Positions 12,342 to 25,736 of a stretch of DNA of 64,000 bases are shown piece after piece (positions within the stretch are counted from its first letter, which is position 1; every line of letters starts with the position of its first letter). The position numbers were made by a program, and so were the translations under genes. The stretch spans positions 8,122,001 to 8,186,000 of the forward strand of contig CM060733.1 in assembly GCA_030704615.1 (NCBI GenBank), in the 5' to 3' direction. The notes beneath the pieces were generated by a model that saw nothing but the letters and a program-made list of their open reading frames with translations, did no database searches and was not told the origin of the DNA. This DNA is from Takakia lepidozioides (lineage: Eukaryota > Plantae > Bryophyta).

Positions 12342-13758
12342 TCAAACCTGCTTTTGCTTGTTGGGTGATATCAACCCAGAGTGTGAGGCCAGAAGCCAGT
12401 CCCGGAGCCAAAGTGGCCACAACTGCAAACTTAGCGAGAAGCTTAGGTAGGAAAACATGCCAGGAAAATAACGCGGAGGGCTAGGACTCGTCACTTTATC
12501 CACCACAAGTTTGGCAAACTTTTCCGCGGGCATTGCATTAGCAAGAATCCGCCCTGCTGCACCATGTGAGGCAGCACTTCCTGTATCACCAGCCCAATCC
12601 TCCGATCAGAATTCAACGTACAATACGTAAACTCTGCCACCCTTATCCTCAGATTGCAGCTTGTCTAGAACAAACTAGAGCTGTACGAGTGTCCAGAGCA
12701 GCTTGTTGTCTTTGGGAAAGCCGTGCGAACTTTGATAGCCTGGATATCTCCTCTCCGTGACGTAAAGCACCATACATATATTAATTCGGTTTGTTTTGCT
12801 AATGCGGACATATCGAGATTCCTCATATGGTACGTGGTATGGTTGAGATAGATCTGGAGTGGTGTATCTGACATTGACAAAGTTACGCTACCACCTCCAT
12901 CATAGGCATAGATTATATTCCAGTTTGAACAACGTACATGGAAACGTCGTGCAGGGTGTGAACAAATTCGGAAGCAGCAGTAATGAATTTACAACAACAG
13001 AAAGCTTACATACAGACAATTGCAACAAGTCAGAAAGTGATTAAGCACGACCTGGATGAGCCCCATCACGCCGAAGACATTGACATCAAAATTGCGCCGA
13101 ATATCCTTCAATGACACTTCTGCCGACTGCCCCCCAACAGAAATGCCGGCATTGTTGACAAGAATGTCAATGCGCCCTGCTTGCTTCACTACCCTCGCGA
13201 CTGTATCTCTCACCGACTCTTCGGAGGTCACATCTAGAAAGCCAGTATCCATCCCGAGGTCACGAAGCTTTGCCATGCTCTCCAATGCCTGTACATCGGT
13301 AGCAAATACCTGCAAATTTAACCAAATTTTTGAGTTTAACAGTACATCGACCTTTGTATTGATGCCGAAGATCGAACAGGAACCATCAAGAACCATCTCG
13401 TATCTCCAGATCTCTCTTGAAAATATGTCATTGCCCCCATCGAGACAGATCGTGAATACAGTCGGTGCCTCATATATGCACACACCCGTGAGTGAGCACT
13501 GGCAACAAACCTCTAGCAACCGATATTGCGAACAGATATCCCCATAACTTTTCTGTAAAAGTACACTCATGGGGGCCTTTATTTCCTACACGTTCAAAGA
13601 ATCTGGAAGAATCATTGTCAAGGGCGTTCCGTCCAAGCTAATTTCAAACACACCTGACAGCCATAAGAGTAGAAGGCTTGGCAGTAGGCGAAGCCAATGC
13701 CGCCTTCACCACACCCGGTTACCAGAACAACTGGCCTTTGTTTCTCAGTTTTCGCCAT
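12342..13758 (-). pseudogene. Short-chain dehydrogenase/reductase (SDR) with internal deletion
   Basis: Exon 13654-13758 reads MAKTEKQRPVVLVTGCGEGGIG (TGxxxGIG-type motif). Exon 13052-13309 has LDVT, GRIDILVNNAG and FDVNVFG. In exon 12342-12580, EVLPHMVQQG joins out of frame to the C-terminal MPAEKFAKLVV. No catalytic Ser or YxxxK segment is present. Confidence 0.8.
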
Positions 13759-14553
13759 AGGTTTCCTTGGCCAGGAAAACCTTTTGTTGAATTAGCTCCT
13801 CCTTCCCGTCGCTGCAACGATCTCACCTGCACTGCAATTGTGAAGAAGATGAGGGAGTTTTGTTCGTCAAAACTCAGATTACTATGTCGTCCAAGAACTT
13901 TATGGAACGATCCTAAGCAGAATATCTCATAAATTTCTTCCTCTTTGCCTAGTCCAGGCTCCTCTTTTTCCTTTTGCTATCCCCCTGCTGAAGATGGAGA
14001 AAGAAAATCACACCTAATTGATACTTTCAACACCCACTACGGATAATAAGAGGGTAGCGTCAATATTGACTCCGAGTCCCCCGCACTCCCATTGAACCGA
14101 GCTCCGTTCCCCTTCGCTCTCCTCTTTCTCTCTGTCCAATCTGGAGTCCCAATATCCTTCTGAAATTCTGACAGCTATAGCTATTATATTCACAGTTGGA
14201 TCGCATTCAATGCTTGCAACTGATTGAAAACATTTGCAGCACCCGGCCCAAAGTTACTCTTGAGTTGAGGAGCGACACAATTCACGGCTCGTAGATCTGG
14301 CAAAGTGCTGAGAGCATTTATACCGAAACTCCGCTGTCGTGTAGGTAAATCTTTGAACTGAGTTTTGGAATCTGACGTGGTATCAGTGCGAAAAGCATCT
14401 TGTCTCAAACCAAGGTTGGAGAACCGCAGTATCAGTTACACTAGAGGAAACGACAGAGTCGTTCCTTGCATTCTACTTACATTCTTTCTGAGTCAAGCCA
14501 CATCACACCGAGAGCACTCCGGAATCGCATTTGGATTTTTGCAAGCTCTCTGG

Positions 14554-17500
14554 ATGGCTGGCAGCGACGCAGATTGGAGGAAGGCGCATTGGCACAGCAG
14601 CTGTGAGCCAGTGGCGATTGAACCAATCGGATGCGCGCAGGGGCACAGGCCATCCCTGTTGCTCCGTGCAGGACAGGGGGGTTGCATTTGCCTGCTTTGC
14701 TTTTCGAATCTGATCACTGAGCCCTCTGCATTCGTCACGCACCGTGGCTATGCTCTCTCCGAATTTTTGCAGGCATTGGAGGATGACTGTTTTTGTAGTA
14801 CGCTAATGCTGCATCACCGTCATGTTTTGGTAGCTCCATTATCGGAAGCCATTTGCTGCTGCACTGACCAAGGGCTTGCCAAGTCGATGATGCACATCGT
14901 TTTGAGCCTCTGTCGGTTAGTTGCAGATGAGATGGGAGCTTTACTTGAAGACTTTATTTTGCACATCACCCTACAACTGAGCTCTACTACATCTCTGTGG
15001 AGCAGGAGTCACTGCTTCAGTGTAAGCATTGCAGGAGAATCCAATAAAGAGTTTTCCGGGTGATGTCGGTGCAAAATCGTCATTAGTGTACTGATGGATT
15101 GTCTTGGACTCGAAAGTGTTATGCAGTGTCTTTTGAATGTGAAGGAACCCGAAGTCGTTCATAATTACTCAGGTCCTAAAACAAGGTCAATACAGGTCAA
15201 GCGACGAAGTCGAAGTTGCTATCGAATGTGTACCTTCTTCATCTTTATTGCGAGAAAACAGCTGTTTCTATTTTCTACTCCATAAGCTGCTTGATCTCTG
15301 AGATTCAAAGTTGGATGTCGCGGGATTCATTGTCTACGATTGCAGCTGTAGTTTTCTTCTAAGGCAACTGTGTCTGCTATCTCAGCTACATATAATGGGA
15401 CTTCTGTTGGAGCTTCACTGCAACCGGGACAGTTATGTTCCACAGGCGATCAAGACTCAACAAGGGTTTCTCCATGATCTAATACATGCCCTACAGCTTC
15501 CTGGGTAAGAGACGCTCTCTATCAAGTATTAGAAAACCGCCGATGATAAATCCCAAACCCTAGGGTCCCTTCTATATCTAAATTACTAGGGAAGGTGTTG
15601 GATCTGTTCATTCCAGCAGGGAATCTGTTGTCTGTGATGTACTAAGCGCGTATTGGCTTGTGATTATTGAGCTGAAAGAAGCATGACTGGAATCGTGTAA
15701 TTTTTTGCCAGGCATACCAATCCTGTGTGCTTGAATGAATATCTGATCTCTAACAAGTGACCACCTGCATCTTGGATAGACTGACTCTTGTTCTAGAATG
15801 TACACAATCTCACAACTTGCTATACATATGATAGCAGTGATGAAATACAAGGGGAGATTCTTTACATTCTTTACAAACTGGCCTCCCTTCAAGATGGGAC
15901 TGAGGAACTTCTCAGATTCTGCCCAAACTTGATTCACCTGGCAGTAAGTGCCCTGTTGAAGACTGTGTCTGATGAGCTCAGGACGAACTGCATTGGTATG
16001 TTTTGCCTTCTTTCTTGCAAACGACCTCTACAAGCAAAAACATAATAAACAGGTCAAGCATGGTGTTATGTTCACGGCTCCTTGCATGTCACTTGTTTTC
16101 CTGTACAGGAATTGCCTCTCTTGAATACATGTCATGTGGCAATGTATGTGCTTCATATGCAAGGAACTAATTATTATCCATGTATATGCAGCTCTTTTGA
16201 CTGTATTAGCTCAGGGCTGTGTCTTCAATATCAGCCTTCCAATGATGGTGGATGAGAATGCCTCTCAAGAAGATTGCATTCTGAACCTGAAAGATGTACA
16301 ATCAAAGCAATCAGGCTGTTCCTTTGTAAGGACATTTGCGGAGGCCATCAAAGGATCACTTTTGTCATCAGACTCTGAAGTTCAGATTACCGCGCTTCAG
16401 TTAATTATTCATGTATGTCCTGATGGAGCAAATATCAAAGATGAGCTTCACATTCTTGTCGAAGAGGGCTTGACGGACTACATATATGAGATACTGAGAG
16501 TATCAGGTCAGCATCAAGTGCCAGTTTTGAGGACAATTCAGATGGAACTGCACTTCAAGTATCATGCTTCTGCTTAATGCCACATGCACATCTTTAAATG
16601 GCTCTGTGAGACCTCTGCCACTGCAGCAGATCTCGCTTTTCTTCTCATTTTGTCTATGAATTGTGATGCAGGTAATCTAGAGCCTATTGTGGCAACAGCC
16701 ATGCATGCTTTATCTATACTGTCAGCAACAGGGACCATATTTTCTCAGCGTTTTTCACTTGGACTCGAGGCAGTGACTCGCGTACTAAAACATTCTACTC
16801 AAGCTCCCTTCGGGACAGTACAGAAAGACACACTTCTTATAATAGCCATTGGGATATCTGATTGCCCGGGACTCATTTCTGCCACCCGAGCTGAGCATCT
16901 TGTCCTTCTTTTGACAAAGTTGCTTCAACGGTATGCTACTTTGATGAAAGACCATTCCATCTCTGATGCAGATGGCTGTGGCCTCTCCCCTGATACCCTG
17001 AATGCCACATGCTCAGCCCTGATTGCTCTTCTTAAAGCACCCTGTTGTTCCAGCACTACATCCATTATCAAGATGCTTCAAGAAGCCGTGACAAGTGTCA
17101 TCATGTGTGTAAGAAATGACACGGATTATGGGGTTGAGCACAGTGGGTTGAAGTATTCAACCTGCCTACTACAAGAAGCCTACATTTTCTGCAGGCCACA
17201 GACTCTCAAGGATGCAACCAACCGCGATATTCTACAAGTACTGTTAGAACTATGTGACTTGCATCTCCTTCCTTCATTTACAGCCAACTTTCCGAATGTA
17301 GAAGATGAAGAAACAATTCAAACCATCTTTAAAACCTTCACTCTGATTCTTCAGGATGAATGCCTGGCAAGTAGAGCTCTGTTTGCCAGAAAGCTAGCCT
17401 CAGCATTCTGGTTTAGTCTTGGTTTCGAGGCCATGGCTCGATTTCCTTCAGAGCAACTGAAGCAGACTGCTTACGAGTTCATCAGTGTTCTGATTGACCA

Positions 17501-20500
17501 ACTTACCTCATGTGGACAACTCATCAGAGGAGCTATACCAGACTTGCCCTCTGATCCAAGAGGCCTATTCACCTTGCTCGAACAGAGGAGTTCTGGAAAT
17601 GATCAGCTTATGTCATCTCATCGAGCTATCATCACTCTCCTCTATACCAGCCACTTCCATGATGACAGGTCCAGTTTTCTTCATCATCCTTCTGTGCCTC
17701 TCACTTTGGCATAGTTCATTACTAATTTCTTATGGAGACCAGATTTCCTCACAAGTAGGAAGCTAGGTATGAAAAGTACCTGTATGAACATACTTTATCT
17801 CCCTGGAATTATGTCTCTTGGTCTTGGCAACCCAGGAGTTGTGGATTGTATGTACATACAACTGGATTGTTTCAAAGCATTTTCTCTTCAAAAAAGCTAA
17901 CGACCCTTGAGTTTCATCCATCGTCCTCATGTAAACTTATGAACAATTCAGAAAACTTGTACTGTCAATCCAAGTGTGGGCTCATTGAACAGATTTGTGT
18001 CCTGATTCCCAAGTTTTGTGCAGGCTTGCAGAAGATAACCAGCTGATGGCTTCACTAGAGCAGCACCTTCTTGTGAATAATGCTTCATCCCTGGTGGAAA
18101 AGTCGGCTTCTCTTGTGGTCCTCAAGCAATTTCTTGTCCTGTATGTCAGTGCAAGAGGAAGTTTTGACAGCTGTGGTGTGCCCTACAGCATTGAGGCAGA
18201 AAATATTTTGATGAATATTCTGGACGGGGCTGACAGCAGTTTGCTCTCATCTGAAACTCCCAAACATGTCCTTAGATGGCTTCTCAAAAAGGAGTGCCTC
18301 AGAGAGATGAACAGGGGGCATCTCCTTCTGTGGTTTAAGGCTGCCGAGAGAGCTGATGTAGTCAACGAAGAATTCCTAGGCAATGCAAGGGACATTGAGC
18401 AAGATATCAAAGGAACTTTGGAGAAAGGGCTATCCTGTCAAGGTTTACAGACTCTTGCCCAGCTGATCGAAGAAGATGACTGTGTGATAGAAATTATTGT
18501 GTCTTTGTTTGATGACATAGCAGAAAAGCATCGTGATGACAATATTAGGGTTGTTGCTAACACAGTCACAAGTATTGTCAGGGAGTGCCCATCGGCTGCA
18601 CGACAATTGCATAGACATGCAATCATTTGCAGCTTGCGGCGATGGATGATGTTGCATGGTTTCAAGGCTCCCTCGTCGACTCTTGCAGCCTGTGTCGAGC
18701 TTCTCTTTCAGTTGGTGCTCTACCTTACACCAGAAGAGGCCATTATGGATAATGGGTCCTGGTGCGACATTGCAAAGCAGGTAAGTTACTAATGTGGAAA
18801 ATCTAGTAATCACTGAGGTTTTCTTCACTGATCATTTTTTGAATTATGAGCTAAATAGTGCAAAGATGTCAGCAAAACTAGTCTCTCATCCCCTTTTTTG
18901 CATCCATTCGCAAGATGTCTTAACCAGTTTGGGAAGGGAGTAACATTGCTGATGATATCAACATTATAATTTCTAGTATGATATCAATGCTAGGCCTTAG
19001 AATAAACATGAATTTCCTGCAATCGCATTGTCACCATCTGTGTGCGAAGCTGAAGGTAATCCAGACTGAGCTTTTACCCAGGTGGGGTAAAATCCATAAC
19101 AGGCTTTGGCAGGAATTTTAGTCCGGGAGTCACACACAGCCAACCTCCAAAAAGGAGAAGCCAATAAGTACTTTGTTTCCCGGGGACATTATCTCTTTCC
19201 AATTGCTGTTAGTTTCCCCTATTGCTCCAGAAACTTCAGTATCTAGAATCTCTTATCCAGCTCATCGTGTTTCCTCACTTAACAGATTGCTTAGGATTAT
19301 CAAATACAAGCCTGACCTCCGTTTGATCTTATGCAGTCCACGATGCTCTTCTTAGCTCGGATGACCGACATCAACAATGTGACAAATAGTGGGGCACTCC
19401 CTCTCCTGAATTTCCTTGGGTTAATACTGTACAGATCCACTGAAATCAACAGTTTATTGGAGGCATCGGAAGCCATATGTTATGGAGGTGAACTCTGTGC
19501 AGTTCTGGAACCGCACATTATACGTGCATCAGAGAAAGGCCCCAAATTGTCTAAGATGGATGTGGAGACTGATGAAGGATTGACCTTGAGCAGCTCCCTC
19601 TTGTTCCACCTTCTGTGGTTAAGATGGTAATTTTCCCTGTCGCTCAATTTCTTTTGTAAAAGGAGATTATCCTCTAACAAGACCAGGGACCGCAGTGCAC
19701 ACTTCTTCTGGCCATGCTCTACTTGACGTAGATTGTCTTTGCAGTGGATGATCCTAACAGCCATGAATGTTGTAATTTGCCAGTGCACGGAGACACCAGA
19801 GTTATGATACACAGGAGCAAAGCAACTTGCAGTTTCTGGGTCTCCCGACAGCTTCCATGGTGATACCCATAGCCAGTGTTCAGACTTCCTTCGAGGCCTC
19901 CCAGACAAGCATTTCGTGTGAGCATCTGTGCCAGATTCTCTATTTTGGCCCATCCCGGTGGAAAGTTTTGGCATCATCTTGCCTTGCTGAGATCTTTTCA
20001 CAGCTTACAGACAGCAGACACATTAATCCTAGCAAGGACGAACAGCACCTGGTGGAAGCCTCAGCAACTTTTTGGAAATCTGTGACTATGGTTCTCCAAG
20101 GAGCTGTTTTGTGGGTTGATGACTTGGTCCAAAAGAATGCATCATATTGTCTAGCATGTCTCCTGACAACTAAGTATGTAACCCCACAGCAGAATGATGC
20201 TATTCAGAGGAGCCCTTGGTACCATCTATTGGCTGAGGATCTGATGCTCACCCTTTCCTGTCCCCCCTTGCTTCAAGATGCCAAAAATTTTGAGAGAAGA
20301 AGTCATCACACAGCACATGTAGTTTTGACCATCATGCAAGCCTGCCCACGAAATGACTGGGTAGCCTCTGTTTTCAGTTCTCTTCAGATCACCAATATCA
20401 TTGACAAGCTTCAACTCTCACAGAACATCACACCTACAATTGTGGGCTTGTTCATAGAGCTCTTACATGCCCGCCACCTTGACAGTGAGCATCTGCAGAA

Positions 20501-20921
20501 ACTACGAGATCTATTTCAGGTAAGGAGCACTAAGCTAGTTGTAACCATTTCAACGGTCATTTACAGACATCAGTCCCAGAGTAGTTTCTCACCTATATGT
20601 CAAATCTTGGAAAGTTTTACTGTGCATTTCTTATGGCAGGCTACCCGGAGGAGCATATACAGAGAGATTTCTGCTGTGGGACACATGGAGGGAGGCATAC
20701 CAGCACTGGGGTCCAGCACATATGCAGTCAGCTGTAGTTGTTTGTGTCAAGGGAACCCCATGGAGCACATGAGCAGCCATGATCAGTTAATACACCTTGC
20801 TCTCTATCACAGCACAGATGCCCTCACATGTTCCAGTAACCCGTCTTTTGGCTCAAATCGCGCTGACACTGTCCTAATGGTGGCCAAAATTGATGAATTT
20901 CTCCAAAAAAGTAACTGTTAA
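14554..20921 (+). CDS. PRD1: PUTATIVE RECOMBINATION INITIATION DEFECT 1 (MEI1-like meiotic DSB factor), 9 exons
   Basis: N-terminal CAQGHRPSLLLRAGQGGCICLLCFSNLI matches the PRD1 signature, followed by LQLPGDEIQGEILYILYKL, LRTNCIALLTVLAQG and FAEAIKGSLLSSDSEVQI. GT-AG exons: 14554-15021, 15386-15504, 15838-15995, 16192-16506, 16672-17668, 18024-18780, 19337-19626, 19784-20519, 20640-20921. Confidence 0.92.
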
Positions 20922-21542
20922 GAGTAGGCCTTGTGTTGACTGCCAGACTCCCTGTTTGTCATGATTTCAATAATTTTTAGCCAGCTCGAGAGACCATGCC
21001 TGGAACCTCTCCCTGCATCGTTGCATCAATCCAAAAACTCATAGCAAACTTCCGTATAATTCATACTAACTCTTGGGGGGGCAGCCCGGTGGTAGGGTGT
21101 TTGAACCCTGCCTATCCAGTACTAGATTGTCATGGATTCTACTCATTTGTCCATTTGCCCTTGGAAGGGCTGTGTATAACGCAGATGATCCGTCATCCCT
21201 GGACATAAAACTCTCTCTCCTTTCCCTTCCCTTCCCTTTCTTTACAGACCGTCTGGTCAGCCTTGGTGAGTGCCTCTGGGATACTGGTTACAGGGAACAT
21301 TCCCACCGATGGGATAAAATACCCACATTCAAGACTGGCCCTAAGATCTCATATTTGAATGTGCTAAAACATCTACTGAGTCTTCCTCTTTGTCCTTCCA
21401 CCTCCAGCACTGTTTCCAGAAACATCTCTCAATCTGTCTCTCTCCATGCACTCTCTAGGGGCCCTGTAGATGATTTAAATCTTTATTTCAGTCTAGCACA
21501 GCTAACACATTTTACTGGAGGGTCGCCAAAGGCCAGAACACC

Positions 21543-24500
21543 TCAGGAGCGAACATTGGCCAAACGAGATCGTAAGACTTCAAGCTCAGCCTCATCATCA
21601 GCTCCCTCTGCGACTGCCTCTTGTTGCTGTATACACCACAACCATGACCCTTCTATGAGATGGTTGTCTTGCAACTTACCAAACTTATCAAGCACCCTCA
21701 TTTGGGACAGATAATTGTGCTTCAATCTAACAGATGACCCATAGCCCTCACAGAATGATTTTACCACCAGTCTGTAGTAGGAAAAGGGTAGCAAGAGAAG
21801 GTGAGAGAAAAGACTGAAAGAAAGAAACTACACAGAGACAGAGAGTAATGTAGAGAGTAATGTATAGACGTGGTGCAAACCAGTGTTGGGTGGTTACCCG
21901 CCGGGACCCAGGTTAACCGCCGGTTCAGGTTCAGGTTAACCGGAACCGGGCCCATTCCTACAAAACCTGACCTGGAACCGGAACCTGCCAATGGGGATCA
22001 GCGCAGAACTGAACTGGCGGTTCCTGCTGGGTGTGAGAACCGGAGAACCGGGGCGCAGGGGGATAAAAACAGGTTCCCGTTCTTGACCCCTTGGTGGGGC
22101 TGGTGGCCCAGGGCAAAACTTATTTAATGCTCTCAAGCTCCTGAGATCCTGGGTTCAATGCTTGAAGGCCATGAGATTCTATGTTCAATGCTTCAGCGCC
22201 ATGAGATCTTGGGCTCAATCTCCAGCTCCATGATATCCTGGCTAAGTTCATTAACAAAATGTTTGAAGATGCCAATACTTGCCAGGTAGCTGAATAGTAC
22301 TGTCAACCCATAAAATTTTACCCATTTTCTTCTACCAGTTTATTTAGAGTATTTTTGTTTTTTTTTTTGTGTTAGTGAAAACTAACAAAATCGTTGGATT
22401 CTAGTTCAAATATGTGAACACACTGCTATTTAATCTACCGGACTGATAAAATATTTTAAATCTAATTAAATTAAACAAATATATTTTTAAAATAGAACCG
22501 GAACCTAACCGGAACCGATGGTTTTTATCAGCAACTAACCGGTAACCGGAACCGCCCCCATGTTTAAAAGTTGGATCCGCAACCGGACCGGAACCGGCTC
22601 AATAAAAAAAAACCGGAACCGGATCCGGAACCGTCTCTTGAAATAATTGTGGAACCGGAACCGAAGGTTCCTTCACAAATGCAAGAACCGCCCAACACTG
22701 GTGCAAACATACCTCTTTCTCTGCTTCAGGCTCTTCATGGGCAGGCTGCTTGAGTCGTTCCCTTCGAGCAGCTGCAGAGGGCAGCTGGGCAGCAGTCTCT
22801 CCAGCAAGCTCTGAAAGAACCTTGTCAACCTCTTCCTCAATTTCGTCTTCCATATCCTCATGGTCTAGGGCTGAGTCCAAACCCTCACTTACCATCTCCT
22901 CAATCACTCCCATCTGCACCAAACCACCAAACCAACCACCCCACGTCAACCACTTTCAAGACAACGAGTGTCAACTCTCTCATGGGCCCCAGAGGGCCTA
23001 CAAGTGAACTAAGAGAGAGAGAGACTCTCTAAGTACCCTAGAATGACATCCCGTGAAGGAAAGGTTTGGAGGTGCAATGCAAGAAGAGAGGAGGGTAAGA
23101 TGGCCCCCACTACCATCACTGCATGCTCACTTGTGGCAGGACCTACCTTTGTACATACAGTTGGTTCTGAAATAAGAAAGAAGATGATGACAATGATGTA
23201 GTAAAGCTCTCCCAGAGAAGGAGAGAGACACAAAGATAGAGATCATGCACTCATTAGACTTTGCTTGCCGATAGAGACCTTCATCATTTCGCGTGAAAGT
23301 TCTTGCATTGTAACGGCCATTTCAGGAGCCTTCATGAGGCCGTTCACGAGCTTCATCACCTCTGAGCTCTTCTGCAAGTGCCCTACTGCCCTCGCCGTGG
23401 CTGTCACCCATATCCCACCAACCACCTTCTTCTGTGAGCTGTAGATGGATCAGATCCTTATTCTGTGGCTCAACTCATAATTCGAGACCCCACTCTTTAT
23501 AGTCTGTTTCTGACATGTTATATTTTCATTTGTCTCCACGTTTGTGAATTAGCAACAAATCCCATGGGCAAGTTAGAAAACCCGTCATGTGCGTTGATCA
23601 AGGCTATTGAGCACGAGATATATCAAGTCTGCTGACATGTTCCAGATAAACAAAGCCTTGAATTTTGAGGCAAGATGACAAGGGGCAATATATTTACCGA
23701 CACTCTCTCCCAAGTGCATGGACACGGAGTTGAGCTGTGCTCGATTCTCATAGAGCCGTGCCACCACTTTCCGTGCACTCACCAGCTCCCTGGCCAGAGA
23801 CTGCGGCCAGCAAAGTCTGAAGTGAGGATCAAATGAGACTCTTTGTACATTATTCAGGCCTGTGTAACAGAGTAGTGAAGCAAACAACGAATGGGGTGAT
23901 TTGTGGACACCTTGGCAGATTGCATGTCATTCCGTTTGGCAGCTTCTTTGATGGACTTTTGAACATTTTTCTCTTCCCTCTGTATGTCTGTCCATCCAGT
24001 CCATAAATGCACCCTGATATGATCAATGAGGAAACGTAATTTTATGTGCACTTACAACTGACGTCATGAAGCAAATCGGAGGAAGTCAGGGTTGAAGAGA
24101 AATTCACAGGTGAGAATCATGAGGCATAGATAGCACGAACACAGGTCTATCCATATCCAATTGTCGCTGAATAGAGGTCGTACGGTTGCTGAGCCTAATG
24201 ACTAATGCCTATGGGCAGATTGCCATCATCAAAGGAAACATTGTTGATCTTGGCGGAGCAAACCTAGCCTTCAATCAACTTCTGCTAATGTAGCCCAGTG
24301 CTTCCAACAGTTCAGTGACAGATATCGAATTGTATCAACCCATTTCAACATCACAGTAATAAGCATACTGTTCATTGAAGCACTGCAACTAGATCCTTTC
24401 CTAACTCACGTAAGGGAGAGAGATAAGTGATCGACATACCACGGACCTGGCGATCAACATTGCGGGCCTCCTGCCGCAGCTTACGCTGCCACTCACGCAG

Positions 24501-24551
24501 CTGCTCCTGTGGCGTGAGCTTTGGCCTCAACACTCCGAGCAGTTTCTCCAT
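21543..24551 (-). CDS. VPS24: Vacuolar protein sorting 24 / CHMP3 (ESCRT-III, Snf7 family), 6 exons
   Basis: MEKLLGVLRPKLTPQEQLREWQRKLRQEAR..DIQREEKNVQKSIKEAAKRND..AQLNSVSMHLGES..GHLQKSSEVMKLVN..EEEVDKVLSELAGET..LRSRLANVRS*. Exons 24440-24551, 23911-23987, 23698-23800, 23279-23400, 22713-22913, 21543-21626. Confidence 0.96.
21881..22700. mobile_element. Non-autonomous hAT element (820 bp) in the last VPS24 intron
   Basis: TIR CAGTGTTGGGYGGTT at both ends, a perfect 8-bp TSD GTGCAAAC (21873-21880 and 22701-22708), and many subterminal GGAACC/GAACCG motifs. Confidence 0.92.
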
Positions 24552-25736
24552 CAATTCTCCACCTTCGCCCTCTTATGGTCAATTCACCCTAATCCTTGAA
24601 AGGCACTAATGATCTTCTTCCTACTACACTCGTAAGAATGCAGAGATTTTGACCTGGGTAACGACCCCACAGCCAAGGAACCCACTTGTGCCGCTGTCAT
24701 CAGATCGTATGTTCAGGCCTTGTCTCTCTTGTCTTATGTCATCAAATCCTCTCCACCCCACTTTCCTCCTTCCCCCTTAAAGACCAGCTATGTTACCATC
24801 ACTCGAAAATTCTCCTATCAGCTCCTGAGGTACTCAATCGCCTCTCCTGCCCCAGCCTATAAGAAAAGACGGATGCATGGAATCCCCATATGTACACCAC
24901 CATCGTCCTTTCTCTTCTTCGCTTTCAGTCAAAGAAGAAATAAGCTTACCGTTGTTGAGTTTACGACCCTAAACTCCCCAAGCTACTTTACTTTTTTCCT
25001 CCCAGTTGCTTTCTAACCACTTGGTCAATTTTGGGATGTGACATGTGACCACAAATCCACGGTAACTAAGACGAGTTAAAGTTAAAAGTTAAAGTTTCTT
25101 TAACGTCCAGTGACATGCTTTTATTTTTTTGTTTTTTTTAAAGAAGGCCGAACCTCAGCACTCTGTCCCAAGCCAAATGAGGATAGGCCCGAAGCAGGGC
25201 TGCTAAACGCTCTCCCATACTCTCGTTAATAAGGAAATTGCCTGCCTGGTATGGCGCTGTGGAGGAGGATTACAAAGCAGAATTCTAGGGCTATTGCCAC
25301 TAGCACATTATGAAACATAATATGTTTGATTAGCAAGCCAACGAATGGAACGCGCCTGCTATTATGGTGGTGAAACATGACAATGGTGCATGGATTGCAT
25401 TCTATTTCTCCATTTTAAGGTATCATTTATATATTTTGTTATGATGAACTTCAGAGTTTTTTTTTTTTAATTTTGAAAATAGCACGAGTGGCTGCAAAAA
25501 TTAGGCATATATTATGTTCATCCATTCAAATTAGGACAGAATCATCCAAATCCATACTTTCATCCATTCATATCATCCATATTTGGCAAATTCATCCATA
25601 ATTTTTATTTTGTTTGGAGAAATTTGGTGATTTCATCCATGAAAAAACATGGAATTTGCTACGGAATATTCTTTTGTATTTTTTGAGGTCGCCATTTTGC
25701 GAAAATTCGCCCAAAAAAAACGGAACTTGATATATA

